64,000 nt of DNA from Gammaproteobacteria bacterium (GTDB taxonomy: Bacteria > Pseudomonadota > Gammaproteobacteria > CBDBNL01 > G965229495): contig OZ245880.1 in the NCBI GenBank assembly GCA_965229495.1, positions 2,357,211 to 2,421,210 of the forward strand, given 5' to 3'. Every line of letters begins with the position of its first letter. Positions within the stretch are counted from its first letter, which is position 1. Under the pieces are notes generated by a model. The model saw only the letters and a list, made by a program, of their open reading frames with translations. It had not been told where the DNA came from and did not search any database. A program made the translations under genes and the position numbers. Shown one piece after another: positions 15,001 to 20,294 of the stretch.

Positions 15001-18000
15001 GCGTCAACCTCACAGAAACAATCGAATTCGACTCCGCCCTTGAAGGCTACTTCTCGCTCATCGCCACCGCTGGCAACGAAACCGCAACCTTTGGTGTTGA
15101 CGACCTCAGTTTGCTCGCCAACAACAACGATGGCGTCGACGTAATTGCTAATATCGGCAGCAGCACCGCCTTCCAGGTAACCTTCCGCGGCATCGAAGAC
15201 GTCATCTATGCCGATACCAGTTTCAAAGACGTCGATAGCTTCGACATCACCCTCGAGATCGACGAAGCCATAGACCAAATTATCGGCAATCTGTCCAATA
15301 ATTCCTTAGACGCCTCCAGCCTCGACAATCCCACAGGCACCACCGGCGACGTCAACCAAACCACCTACCTCGCCGACTTCAACCCCCCGGAAATATTTAA
15401 CATAGACGTTAGTAACATCAGCCTTGGCGCCATCATCGCCCAAGATACCAACATAACATACGCCATAACCTTCACTGAAACCCTAACCTCTGAACTCACT
15501 GGCGGCGATTTTCATTTGCCCATCACCCTGTCCACTGATAGCGGTTATGCTGATGAGCAAGACTTAGTAAACGCCAGCAACCTCTCCAGCCTGTTTGAAG
15601 TCGCCGCCAGTGCAACCAGTTATTGGTCTACTAACGGCTCCGGCTTTGCAGTAGCCACTGACGACAACACCATCTTCACCCTCACCCTTGGTTTTGCTTT
15701 CGATGATTACAAAGGCTTAGTAACCGAAGCCACCGCGCTCGTCGTTCGCAAAGGTCGCTTTGAAGATACTGCTGGCAACCTCTTCGCCGACGATTACACT
15801 GACGACACCAATTTCTCCATAAGCTACAAAGAATTTACTCTTGAGAATCGCAGCCTCAGCATAACCCCTGATATAACCAGTCCGCAATTCTCCGAGCTCA
15901 ATTTCTTCGATATTATCGATACCATTCATGACAACGTAGTTGTAGAAAGTACCAATCCCACCCCCAGCCTCGGCTTTAACTATACCTTCTCCACCGTCAT
16001 CGACACAGCCACTGTCAATGATGATAAAAGCAGTACCGACTATCTCAGCGATTTCTCCATCACCATAAACGGCACATCCTACACCAAAGACGGCAACGAA
16101 GAACTCACACTCACCTACTACGATTCAGTCAACTCAACAATACAAACTCAGCAACTAACCTACAACCTCTTCGATAACGCCGCCATCGGCTACAACGACA
16201 GCTCCAGCCCCACCCAGCTCAGCCTCGTCTTCGAGCTCGATTCCCAAATGCTCGAAACCGGCTTCGACCTCCCGGGCGACTTCATCGTCTCTATCGCTAC
16301 CAATAGCGACATCGCCGCGCAGAGCGGAGAGTCCTTAGTCGGCCTGGCAGATAGCAGCACCGCAACGGACATGACCTATCGCATCAATTCGCTCATGCCC
16401 GTGCTCACGCAATTCGCCCACGTCGATTCTACCGACGGTTCGGAAGACTCCGCCGACGTCACCACCAGCGACTACCACACCTTCACCTACACTGATGCTA
16501 CCAGCACTTATGATGAGTACTACGGCTTCCGCCTGCGCTACCAGTTCAGCGAAGCCGTCCATTCAGTTCTAGCTCCAGACTTAGTCCAGGAGTACGATTC
16601 CCCCGACTACACCTACTATCTGCCATTAGCCGGCACTGTCACACTTCTGGACTATACCTTCGATAACACCCTGGGCGGCTCCTTGCCTTACACCGCCAGC
16701 GGCGACTACTACGAAGATTTTGCCATCGATGGCTCCCTGGTCCAATCCCAGCAGTCGTTAAGCAATCTCGCCGCCAGCATCACCTGGGACCACCTCGCCT
16801 ACCTCAGCTCCAGGACTTCAGACTTCGACGCTGGCACCTCCGCGCACACCTTCCAGATCATGTACGACGACGATTACCTCGACGATGAGATTTATAAAGA
16901 CTACGATGCCTACACCTTCCCCGCGCTCCTCGGCGGCTACGGCACCAGCGCTAATAATTACCAACCCGGCATCAAAGACTTCGGCTCCCTCTTCCTGGAT
17001 GCACACGGCAACCCCGCCCGCGTCGCCTCTGAATGGTTAAATAGAGTCGCCGCCGAGTCCAACACCTCGCTCACCCTCACCTACAGCCCTCCAGCCCAAG
17101 CCACTGGCGCCGAAGCCACCGACGTCGTCGGCGCCAACTACACTGGCAGCTTCGACGGCGACGTCTACGGCGACTCCACCACCTTCGCCTTCCAGCTCGG
17201 CTTTGATTCCGAAATCGCCTCAACCACCGACCTGCTCGACGCATCGTCCTGGACCATCACCTCTGATAATAGCAACGTAAACCCATTCACCACCCCCGAA
17301 GTCGTCTACGACGGCAGCGACGGCACCTCTTACTTCTACACCCTCAGCAACGCAGTCTCCGGCCTCTACGCCACCACTGGCACTTACTCCCTAACCTTCG
17401 ACACCACCGCCCAAGTCACCGACGAATTCGGCAGCCCCGTCGACTTGGAAGGAGCCAACGATTTACTCGCAACTCTCTGCAGCTCTGGCGTCTGCAGCTT
17501 CGACAACACCTCCGTTCTCGAGCTCACCAGCGTCAGCGTCAGCCCCAGCACCGCCACCGTGCCGTCGAATGGCGACAGCAGCGACTTGGACAGCTTCGAC
17601 GTCCAATTAACCTTCAGCCAACCAGTAACCTTCACCGGTAACATCAACTCTGCTAACGACCTCTACGCCGCCTTCGACCTAGCTTACACCCACGACAGCT
17701 CCGACCTCGATTCCGCCCTCGAATCCCTCCGCCCCATCACCACCAGCGAAGACGGTAGCAGCGGTTACTACACCCAATACCGGCTATCTATCGACGATAA
17801 CAGCGACTACTGGGCAAGAGCCGATTACGGCACTATCATCGGCGTCGATTCCGTAGTCAGCGTCTTCTTCGAGGATTTACAAGAGCTCAATACCCACGGC
17901 GTCTATTTCACCCCCGGCTTCGCCACCAGCACCGGCAGCCTCGCCGCCATACCCACAACCATCCAGGATAGCAGCATCACCAGCACCATCACCTACACCC

Positions 18001-20294
18001 TCGACACCGTATCCGTCATCGACACCAGCGCCAGCGACACCCTGGTCGACGAAGCCGGCACCGCCACCCTCGAAGCCAGCGCCAGCGACGACGACGGCAT
18101 CGACAGCTATATCTGGCAGCAGGTCAATAGCGACGGCAGCGCCCTAACCGGCACCGCGCTCACCATCACCAACGCCACCAGCGCTATAGCCACAGTCTCC
18201 GCTCCGGGCATAGCCGACAACAGCAGCAATAATCAAAGCTTCTATTTCGCCCTAACCGTCACCGATGGACTTGGCGACAGCACCACCAGCCCAGCGCTCA
18301 CCCTCAACGTAAGCAATACCTACAAAACCCCAGCCATAACCTCCGGCGCCAACTCCAATCTCGATGCAATCAACCTCAGTTGGACCGCCGATAGCAGCCA
18401 TAACTACTCGCTCTATCGCTCCAGCGAAATCAATTGCGATATCAACACTTACTCCTCATGCTCCGAACCAGCGCTCTACACCGACAGCAGCGGCATCACC
18501 ATCAGCGGCACTAGCGCCAGCGTAACCGATACCGGCCTCATATCTAACAGCATTTATTATTACTGGCTCGAAGCCCAGCTCAATTCCGAGGTCGTTTCCT
18601 TAAATACCAACCCCATCCAAGTCGCCACCACTCCGCCACCCGCAGTCGACGCTGGCATCCCTAACAGCCAGGCAGTAGGCACCCTTGCCAGCCTCCGCGG
18701 CTCTGCCACCGCCGACACTGGCAGAACCATAGCGTCTTACCTCTGGCAAGAAACCACCGACTTCGGCATCACCATCGACCGCGCCGACGCCGCCAACGCC
18801 AGCTTCCTGGTCCCCGACGACCTCACCACTGGCACCATCCTCAGCTTCCAGCTCACCGCCACCGACTCCGACGGCGCCAGCGCCAGCGCCACCACCAGCA
18901 TCACCATCGCCGACCCTGGCACCGAGAAATGGTATTTTGACAACGCTTCCGGCGGGGTCAGATCCTCGCCAGCTATCGGCGCCGACGGCACCGTCTACTT
19001 CGGCGCCAACGATGGCAACCTCTACGCCCTTAATCCCCAGGACGGCAGCATCCAATGGACCTTCGCCACTGGCGACGAAATCCAAACACCCCCCGCCATC
19101 GGCGCCGACGGCACCGTCTACTTCGGTAGCGAAGATGGCAACCTCTACGCCGTCTCCCCACCCACCGACGACAGCCAATCTGGAGACCAAAAGTGGTCTT
19201 ACCAGGACAATAATGGTGAGTTTGGTGAGCATACCTCGGTTTCTATCGCTGCCGACGGCACCCTCTACTTCGGCAGCCGAGACTTCTCTCTGCACGCCCT
19301 CGACCCCGCCAACGGCAGCATCCTCTGGAGCTATCTCACTGGAGACATCTTAATTAGCAAGGCGGCGATCAGCTCTACGGGCACCATATATTTCGGCAGT
19401 GGCGACAGACTAGTGTACGCCATAAACCCACCCAGCGGCAGCGCTAACGATCCATCGCTTCGCTGGAGCGAAGCTACTGGTTCTTACCTCACCTGGAGCA
19501 GCCCCGCTATCGGCGCCAACGACACCGTATACAATGGTAGCTGGAGCGGTGATCTGCACGCGTTCAACTCCGATACTGGCGCCCCCCAATGGAGCTATGC
19601 GGCTGCCGACGACATCCGAACTTCCCCAGCCATAGCCGCCGACGGCACCATCTACTTTGGCAGTAGAGACTACTCTTTGTACGCGCTCGACTCCAACGGC
19701 GACTATAAATGGAATTACCCAACTGGCTTTTGGGTACAGTCTTCCCCCGTCATCGGCGCCGACGGCACCGTGTACTTCGGCAGCGACGATGACGATGTCA
19801 GCGCGCTCAACCCTAATGGCGATCTTCAATGGGAATTCCCTACTAACGGTAATGTTGATTACTCGTCAGGCGCCCTCGCCCCCGACGGCACCTTATTCAT
19901 TGGTAGTATCACCGGTCTTTACGCCATCCACACCGCCTCCGCCGGTCTCCAAGCCAACTCGCCTTGGCCCAAATTCGGCCAGAATAATCGCCACAGCGGC
20001 CGCGTCAACCTCGAGCCCACCGCCAACGCTGGCGCCGATCAAAGCGTCATCGCTGGCGACACCGTCAACCTCGACGCCACCGCCAGCACCGATTCTGACG
20101 GCATAATCATCGACTACTACTGGCGCGAAACCAGCAGCTACGGCATCAGCATCGCCAACAACAACAGCGCCCAAGCCAGCTTCACCGCCCCCGCCCCCAT
20201 CTCCGATGACGACAACACCATCACCATCGAACTAACCGTAACCGACGACCACAGCGCCACCGCCACCACCACCCACACCATCACCCTCAACTAA
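3..20294 (+). CDS. Giant acidic multidomain surface/adhesin-like protein (6763 aa as read). It contains Ig-like modules, an FG-GAP-like propeller, PKD-like and Fn3 domains, and a PQQ/BamB-like 8-blade propeller. The 5' end may lie upstream of the window.
   Basis: It is a single uninterrupted ORF in the track. At least 16 modules open with a D-x-x-x-P boundary: VDTQGPSIESV near nt 1300, IDSVRPQ near 3650, VDSGPPYIESV near 4990, FDTTPPIVKEV near 7105, VDTTAPRV near 7520, VDTTPPIF near 11760. Each boundary is followed by an hxhxFSExh strand (FVLTFSEAIN, FALTFSEPLN, FELTFSEILL), as in Big_5/SbsA-type Ig domains. No signal peptide is visible and only 2 nt lie upstream of the ATG at 3, so the true start is uncertain. 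Confidence 0.8.
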   Translation: MPIINFLVGNQADDYSDGSIQATFQAYHEQKSDVITFTERVEEGFIFDDYDGIELLPEDLTAAIAWQGYDVIDVLRPTEAVDTTSAALTDISAFVANAVLEDVFIDIRFPSLSLDILQLEANSDTRDDASASNDYYYYLNSYLILGLSFDEAVIIPTSGGEYQSFVEFAYQDIDGATQVRNVRFDPIYATSILADYGIDWDYVSSGFSEDIYFVYQIGTDDSTSAADATGYIRLNDFNITGIVDRSGKEFIVESNIALTPDDAIIDLDKTSIHSYKLLVVDENGNQLDNLYTELATNISGALTEDKYITSGQDLVIELSFGRTFSEEDTEVVFDLGGDTGLYLDIAIDNDQEREFRAVIQEDTADDKSYSDGTSTLRYLLDLSNEPSVLSDLDGIGIAFPEDSMSSYQDQSGEVNLNFSDTFVESLNFINVDTQGPSIESVYMQPSSTGLTLYYGDEDELQITVQFDESVETVVSGGFRNMFLNFNLYDPDRPNTAGLTSRQADYLNNDGNRSYVFTYIVDFGNDEPYEQIYFDSVVLESTSDADVTTIIGDARDDPNMLTSATFTNAISDAVVQWHALEFEGPQIDTLIIPAGDPNTGTISLGGGDELALTLVTNREVAFASSSEPRLGLLAGNTGVTFNYLGEYNSSIFGLSHTFTYTVDSDVETNISGLYIPTDALHVDGEDSVLDSANNNLDTSLNLSSTEHVETGGTAWNTNPTEYIHIDSKVPEFANKFIPAQALSLTPNANIASIITFTSDDIFTLDIQNNSSFNDEFPASFVSGGELAVVDFTRPTYHAEINSVDWYIWSAIQDGYYRISTDDPYSPWLFTKTSDVVTIQDLFDDVNGVGEFTTTSDSWYLVNDLEAGAIEVFSATNYITSQTITATFDQLYLTGETIYTYLVISEPITVADEFSSEGSYGEYPGYSLSYFDDSNSEANLSLEFSHWIETRPDSTSAYSKQVMVFANTLDAATINTRGTSVRPARELPDAARLELRDLFGNDLLVNEDASLTVYSTSESNSISGIQLSGYLVDISGISLYYTDDDGDPAVVSTNRTYIIGNELILDITFSEELTESSYDPEQDLFLTFRFNDASSKEHILGDSSPATGTSDVDQRYWYNSDDAQYSGQTVGGQTGRGNYEDSAINNPSSDFNDVLRYIFTIPDRADGDDYNTAEDGVSDPNLTVTGLSLGANLIDEYGARVDSAAAIEYLNNNPLFISIDSVRPQMYLTPTVDYSQLAEFNTYSRDDYFSTLEGNTEPHPSEITFQLSFSEPIVMPASASGIDDDESDFSAGLTFSLSDSDVNLTASSSYVPFSGSGEAPEYTGAEFTYEVTAIDDGVIESVSINATIYDLSGNENNYTSSIFDEVLYNGIYLDGVAATAVIAGSSDIHMKVVPPGGSLQPVGSSTYGVGSTLYFEITYDQAIYTNNFSDAAADISLNLQVNTAGSLVQAPIIASQLDSYDSEIGNRELTFTYAITDLDVSNDSGYLLHSIDYSVDNARYGILDSYGNGIDETNLTHDFSDLAITTAPIDTVLPSIDAVSFNHTKDSSNTLYGGGENLTFVLTFSEAINTDVSSFMDDDAGLSFKLASVSAEDSHRIALYSGEHETNTTFTFTYEVGSTEGVSDNGDIYLDDMILLGATYDTALNLETNLTYDDPSNPADSGYDVDSGPPYIESVSIQFQRSGSSISNVDDDTNYYLGIGTKVTFTLTFNEDISFDVSGDEPIPYLQLKAVDTVNSTPELIHAELTSASQTALSSGNARYISFSFTVGAAATADNTSTDDNITSADNNISQQSLYNPLEIFALQNADQIRDVASNVLSSASAHALTGDELTDIHSDGVDPEPDALGDTKVHIDSVRPEITAVLLDKANGIYGNNDNLKLTVNFSELLDTVALSTIDNTNTNAVNLVITRIYPDYDDPSDENSTYTFIRQNVGVNTLDSSTQVLYVLEALSGGFANYSYEGTIQPSYEMTGTGLVRDIAYNEIVPQDLNITANADGNYVSSSALSSFAVPVATVDHYPPRAVSVDVRIPSSDSVGTIPETDEIYKFGDTFVFTVNFHENVNITGHEDNLANLELLLDFDDNSTDRGIALSAIPTSSRDQLQFTYVVATGDQAMLTLTDVDGSVTGTPNTEYNQSLGINGFDQLLNSLVLQDDYNNSIIPEDIDFRSYDADDNGTDDYSDLDNDNFPDPGEGSETSQFLQPDYPVLVDGISPYWVSISTSRDDADVEAFGLNENITFTLTASEDLAEQSGMQLKLLLRDEDGNEQNRSINGEFCRYDPSSYDHSTNEGCFTAADASANATEINQSVIIFPYIVGSDSQDRENNGIDHSLILSESAYDSGSSFASRDIAGNEFASHSFADIPQFIAPANDALVFDTTPPIVKEVLIEITGNDNLAKTNEEIEIILSFTDGDLNLSVDSIANRGLNITAVGLSTGDSNGSVVDVNFGLDKSTRSSLTFSGDFTDNIDWSGLLTLHISDYNNSIIDETTPPNRMSSSLVVGSGSDSLIETYIVDTTAPRVANKNEITTLVNSPITSPSEAYGPGRELTFQLTFNELLSSITGVGIDIASLDFYVYDSVASPARLEQRRAFQPTTGTNTRPRLSTTPSGDKSVAYFYYEVVSGGADSSLDDNGTVYLSSRNTAGSDNQYGEIAVDAADLETYGICSPGALNGTEFGCHIGLNANLYDENGNQNFYGSDIDRDEYLIYAFNRYDEDELDPYTITNLVTDPLEIVSYSIRTTTKDEDQRAFGIDDGATNDSNTTIAQTENQGFIGASETETIFFIVEPGFEGFELNDTAPVDINLTFSLLPPNAPANPDDDDYDYYVATYFESNTEEITLTFAMADFGDIDYESNISLHKVSQAADIKYSGAGASIEAFTDIEFSANLDTWSANSDGTISAEFDNDLDGRLDTGLYLDLKKPALIGVSSYALAEDGTAAQLSSNNAENLYFGRGDQVVFQFTFDEPIGEVVGDGSGTIQLPLELSTGQTIVAAQAPPNIPVPATSTTSDLNITYTILDNDAGEVVNEEFNLTAIVTDTHRNSVATGELDISLIGRNIELPLFNGEFPSLEMVNIYRSFTPSFSDEEVSDPVPDLNATPAVDSYTFTGEGDSISKKFFIAATFTYSSSLGETELPHFDTINSVLPDTNYSFDLGINNSPEYNATLAGFFSESANNSNYYGNRATGQNVMVFSFDVENAGENLDSEGNFINLLELFGANDLSSDLKDAYGNPIAQMPDNLPTVVAIDNVPPELIGLQIEPPGTTSYGPLDTNITFALTFSEPLNEFETTNNDNLRLQFTITGDRDSSNVTVDSPTISSSRAGTGIYIPDLDDSSNAQSLVTGQVVYMMFNLFDGGIEEGYINASVASIVVVDGSTIYDTHKINVDTYADGNKQEINKKVTGTSTADDVDFFVPVITINRSEIEPNYWSIEYTEGSSIINDGNQGLAYENNNTSSPHDSDARVGIDKTVSFIIGYEAVIEDDSVYNADDTISSLGETTLNISFKSGDGNNPDGDFNATFSQVNTVDGQSRLTYTYDVVENGLIYEELTFVEILLPYSDSLIRSSEFNEIVISGSTYFEQETDTIIDGTYPELLDFAIDDDGTLHQDGGIYYFGEGDVITFELTFSEILLDDDDNSTVRPDMDLEWYIFDEITDSVRSIDTIISDATSNKFLSVISNYDPDGSFYELEFPINLIENSASLEGLQGRIFLSGSADNRTTVYTDESGDLRDLARNERDRMEYVHTADENLTFAVDFIRPQLQYIVSEGGEPDVQYIQYASIDALEPTAIYYGRDAITFHVVHDSPLDRFGTSDANLTLYALDNTVPTELQFSMENAIGDWSTAENSNLIDNAPQFIWDLTANEYADINYSASQALTFTQIDVSVYGDRVGNKPYFDLTGTDREDYNPNNLLLSLNNYIPSTATEAGQQFPQPTIYVDTTPPIFKVDSTQDIEVTNLALVFAIELDAPLSALEADASFNDPDSNSSLNSAPTYELSITSLNNSTVSGLLSPHAEQPVGSMGETLGTITTDDNQSFIFSFFSDPVSYGYYLDNLADNTDHEIQLKLTDFVGNSFTHTFNVHKKTDKFLALISGWDSDGKVAYDTISNDNVPLANDATEAIFLVSFVADINESTLSKDDFNLSYSGGNEDDLQGLYISDTISENRSGEAEYDYLVTVTGGNLPLAKGGLKLAFSANQDIATASGYVLNLDDVDDENESYTYSKDFEFFIDDIAQLNSGSASESPSVELNFTAPTTGADQNITGYKLYYGLGTAIPTNDNSPYFSDSESSTRFASSGDVYTFTHKCLLIPDGSSETYNFRVVAQYTIAADDHATTYETLLSANSPLSGDKTASVELSTTTPELDLELNIGLHDGPDLPATCSSSSISGSDYGILSNLGRAVALSSNADDSVDDLYIAGDTSSTGGAIRHYVRSGSQFERNSDDTNLDLATQARQVHTLAAPAATVAPFDLFAAGNPAHLSSSVNTGLAYLFSKSSGVTTWPDDDEGKLDITPTTQAASGSALAIAVVDNGATDAIFALIGEPLSGGGSVRIYAFDQFATSGNPWTELGTLSLADLDSIASNDFTPSEDDEFFGSAIALSADSETVAIASSRAVYIFTLNDAGNLTPLHAILASDYLGAGASFTTDVASQARSLAIQETTIANDSRETYLLAIGLPHDSNSTRGITYVGDSGFIDEGSDSTNNYGAVLLLTNTSDTLTGSTNWRRLAYLRSNDSSGSQQSFYGSGVLFTNPSQPTLIVSQPGYAINNIGATTTASAGNGRLHIYYLNTSGVDAYDQNHLILKASNTISGTLGYGYSFDYRDHVLAIGQPTESDGGEVSLLNLFPQFDYPATGANPEVIASSALSSSNTATELTFAVRFPATVDHDTIESTDFAVSFTEPSNAITFVADDFDIAERLDNSSLDYWEVRVNIQNPDQVRAAGKSGDVYLLFASNAEIKSTSGLTFNLSDFNLSAATNGAATPYVLDFSVPTLESITKISPLQNEINVDLVTFELVFSDDLNTSVNLTETIEFDSALEGYFSLIATAGNETATFGVDDLSLLANNNDGVDVIANIGSSTAFQVTFRGIEDVIYADTSFKDVDSFDITLEIDEAIDQIIGNLSNNSLDASSLDNPTGTTGDVNQTTYLADFNPPEIFNIDVSNISLGAIIAQDTNITYAITFTETLTSELTGGDFHLPITLSTDSGYADEQDLVNASNLSSLFEVAASATSYWSTNGSGFAVATDDNTIFTLTLGFAFDDYKGLVTEATALVVRKGRFEDTAGNLFADDYTDDTNFSISYKEFTLENRSLSITPDITSPQFSELNFFDIIDTIHDNVVVESTNPTPSLGFNYTFSTVIDTATVNDDKSSTDYLSDFSITINGTSYTKDGNEELTLTYYDSVNSTIQTQQLTYNLFDNAAIGYNDSSSPTQLSLVFELDSQMLETGFDLPGDFIVSIATNSDIAAQSGESLVGLADSSTATDMTYRINSLMPVLTQFAHVDSTDGSEDSADVTTSDYHTFTYTDATSTYDEYYGFRLRYQFSEAVHSVLAPDLVQEYDSPDYTYYLPLAGTVTLLDYTFDNTLGGSLPYTASGDYYEDFAIDGSLVQSQQSLSNLAASITWDHLAYLSSRTSDFDAGTSAHTFQIMYDDDYLDDEIYKDYDAYTFPALLGGYGTSANNYQPGIKDFGSLFLDAHGNPARVASEWLNRVAAESNTSLTLTYSPPAQATGAEATDVVGANYTGSFDGDVYGDSTTFAFQLGFDSEIASTTDLLDASSWTITSDNSNVNPFTTPEVVYDGSDGTSYFYTLSNAVSGLYATTGTYSLTFDTTAQVTDEFGSPVDLEGANDLLATLCSSGVCSFDNTSVLELTSVSVSPSTATVPSNGDSSDLDSFDVQLTFSQPVTFTGNINSANDLYAAFDLAYTHDSSDLDSALESLRPITTSEDGSSGYYTQYRLSIDDNSDYWARADYGTIIGVDSVVSVFFEDLQELNTHGVYFTPGFATSTGSLAAIPTTIQDSSITSTITYTLDTVSVIDTSASDTLVDEAGTATLEASASDDDGIDSYIWQQVNSDGSALTGTALTITNATSAIATVSAPGIADNSSNNQSFYFALTVTDGLGDSTTSPALTLNVSNTYKTPAITSGANSNLDAINLSWTADSSHNYSLYRSSEINCDINTYSSCSEPALYTDSSGITISGTSASVTDTGLISNSIYYYWLEAQLNSEVVSLNTNPIQVATTPPPAVDAGIPNSQAVGTLASLRGSATADTGRTIASYLWQETTDFGITIDRADAANASFLVPDDLTTGTILSFQLTATDSDGASASATTSITIADPGTEKWYFDNASGGVRSSPAIGADGTVYFGANDGNLYALNPQDGSIQWTFATGDEIQTPPAIGADGTVYFGSEDGNLYAVSPPTDDSQSGDQKWSYQDNNGEFGEHTSVSIAADGTLYFGSRDFSLHALDPANGSILWSYLTGDILISKAAISSTGTIYFGSGDRLVYAINPPSGSANDPSLRWSEATGSYLTWSSPAIGANDTVYNGSWSGDLHAFNSDTGAPQWSYAAADDIRTSPAIAADGTIYFGSRDYSLYALDSNGDYKWNYPTGFWVQSSPVIGADGTVYFGSDDDDVSALNPNGDLQWEFPTNGNVDYSSGALAPDGTLFIGSITGLYAIHTASAGLQANSPWPKFGQNNRHSGRVNLEPTANAGADQSVIAGDTVNLDATASTDSDGIIIDYYWRETSSYGISIANNNSAQASFTAPAPISDDDNTITIELTVTDDHSATATTTHTITLN
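1290..11800 (+). other. Array of divergent Ig-like (Big_5/SbsA-like) modules within ORF1
   Basis: D-[TSN]-x-x-P boundaries recur every 450-1400 nt, together with the FSE/FNE/FDE strand motif. The modules are too diverged to show nucleotide-level repeats. Confidence 0.55.
13130..14470 (+). other. FG-GAP / integrin-alpha-like beta-propeller region (about 7 blades) within ORF1
   Basis: Blade-like motifs recur: GRAVALSSNADDSVDDLYIAGD..GGAIRHYV, GSALAIAVVDNGATDAIFALIGEP..GGGSVRIYAF, FFGSAIALSADSETVAIASSRAVYIFTL, FYGSGVLFTN..LIVSQPGY..GNGRLHIYYL and YGYSFDYRDHVLAIGQPTESDGGEVSLLNLF. Confidence 0.6.
18000..18915 (+). other. PKD-like domain, then a Cys-pair Fn3 domain, then a second PKD-like domain within ORF1
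   Basis: PKD-like 1: SASDDDGIDSYIWQQVNSDG...FYFALTVTDGLGDSTT. Fn3: INLSWTADSSHNYSLYRSSEINCDINTYSSCSEP...SIYYYWLEA. PKD-like 2: SATADTGRTIASYLWQETTDFG...ASFLVPDD...LSFQLTATDSDGASAS. Confidence 0.6.
18921..20006 (+). other. PQQ/BamB-like beta-propeller, 8 blades, within ORF1
   Basis: There are eight repeats of about 40 aa with the form SSPAIGADGTVYFGxxDGNLYALxxxxGxxxW. The region ends with PWPKFGQNNRHSGR, a typical capping motif of this repeat family. Confidence 0.75.
20007..20291 (+). other. C-terminal PKD-like domain of ORF1
   Basis: ANAGADQSVIAGDTVNLDATASTDSDGIIIDYYWRETSSYGISI..AQASFTAP...ITIELTVTDDHSATAT matches the A-x-AG-x-DQ..V-x-LD-x-S-x-S-x-D-x-DG-x-I-x-x-Y-x-W pattern. Confidence 0.7.

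Noticed and set aside
18921-20006. GADGTVYFG repeats as possible RTX / T1SS Ca-binding nonapeptides
   Set aside because: The period is about 40 aa, not 9. The motif is the A-x-DG-x-hYhG-x-x-DG-x-LYAL blade of PQQ/BamB-like propellers. There is no GGxGxDxUx run and no T1SS-type C-terminus.
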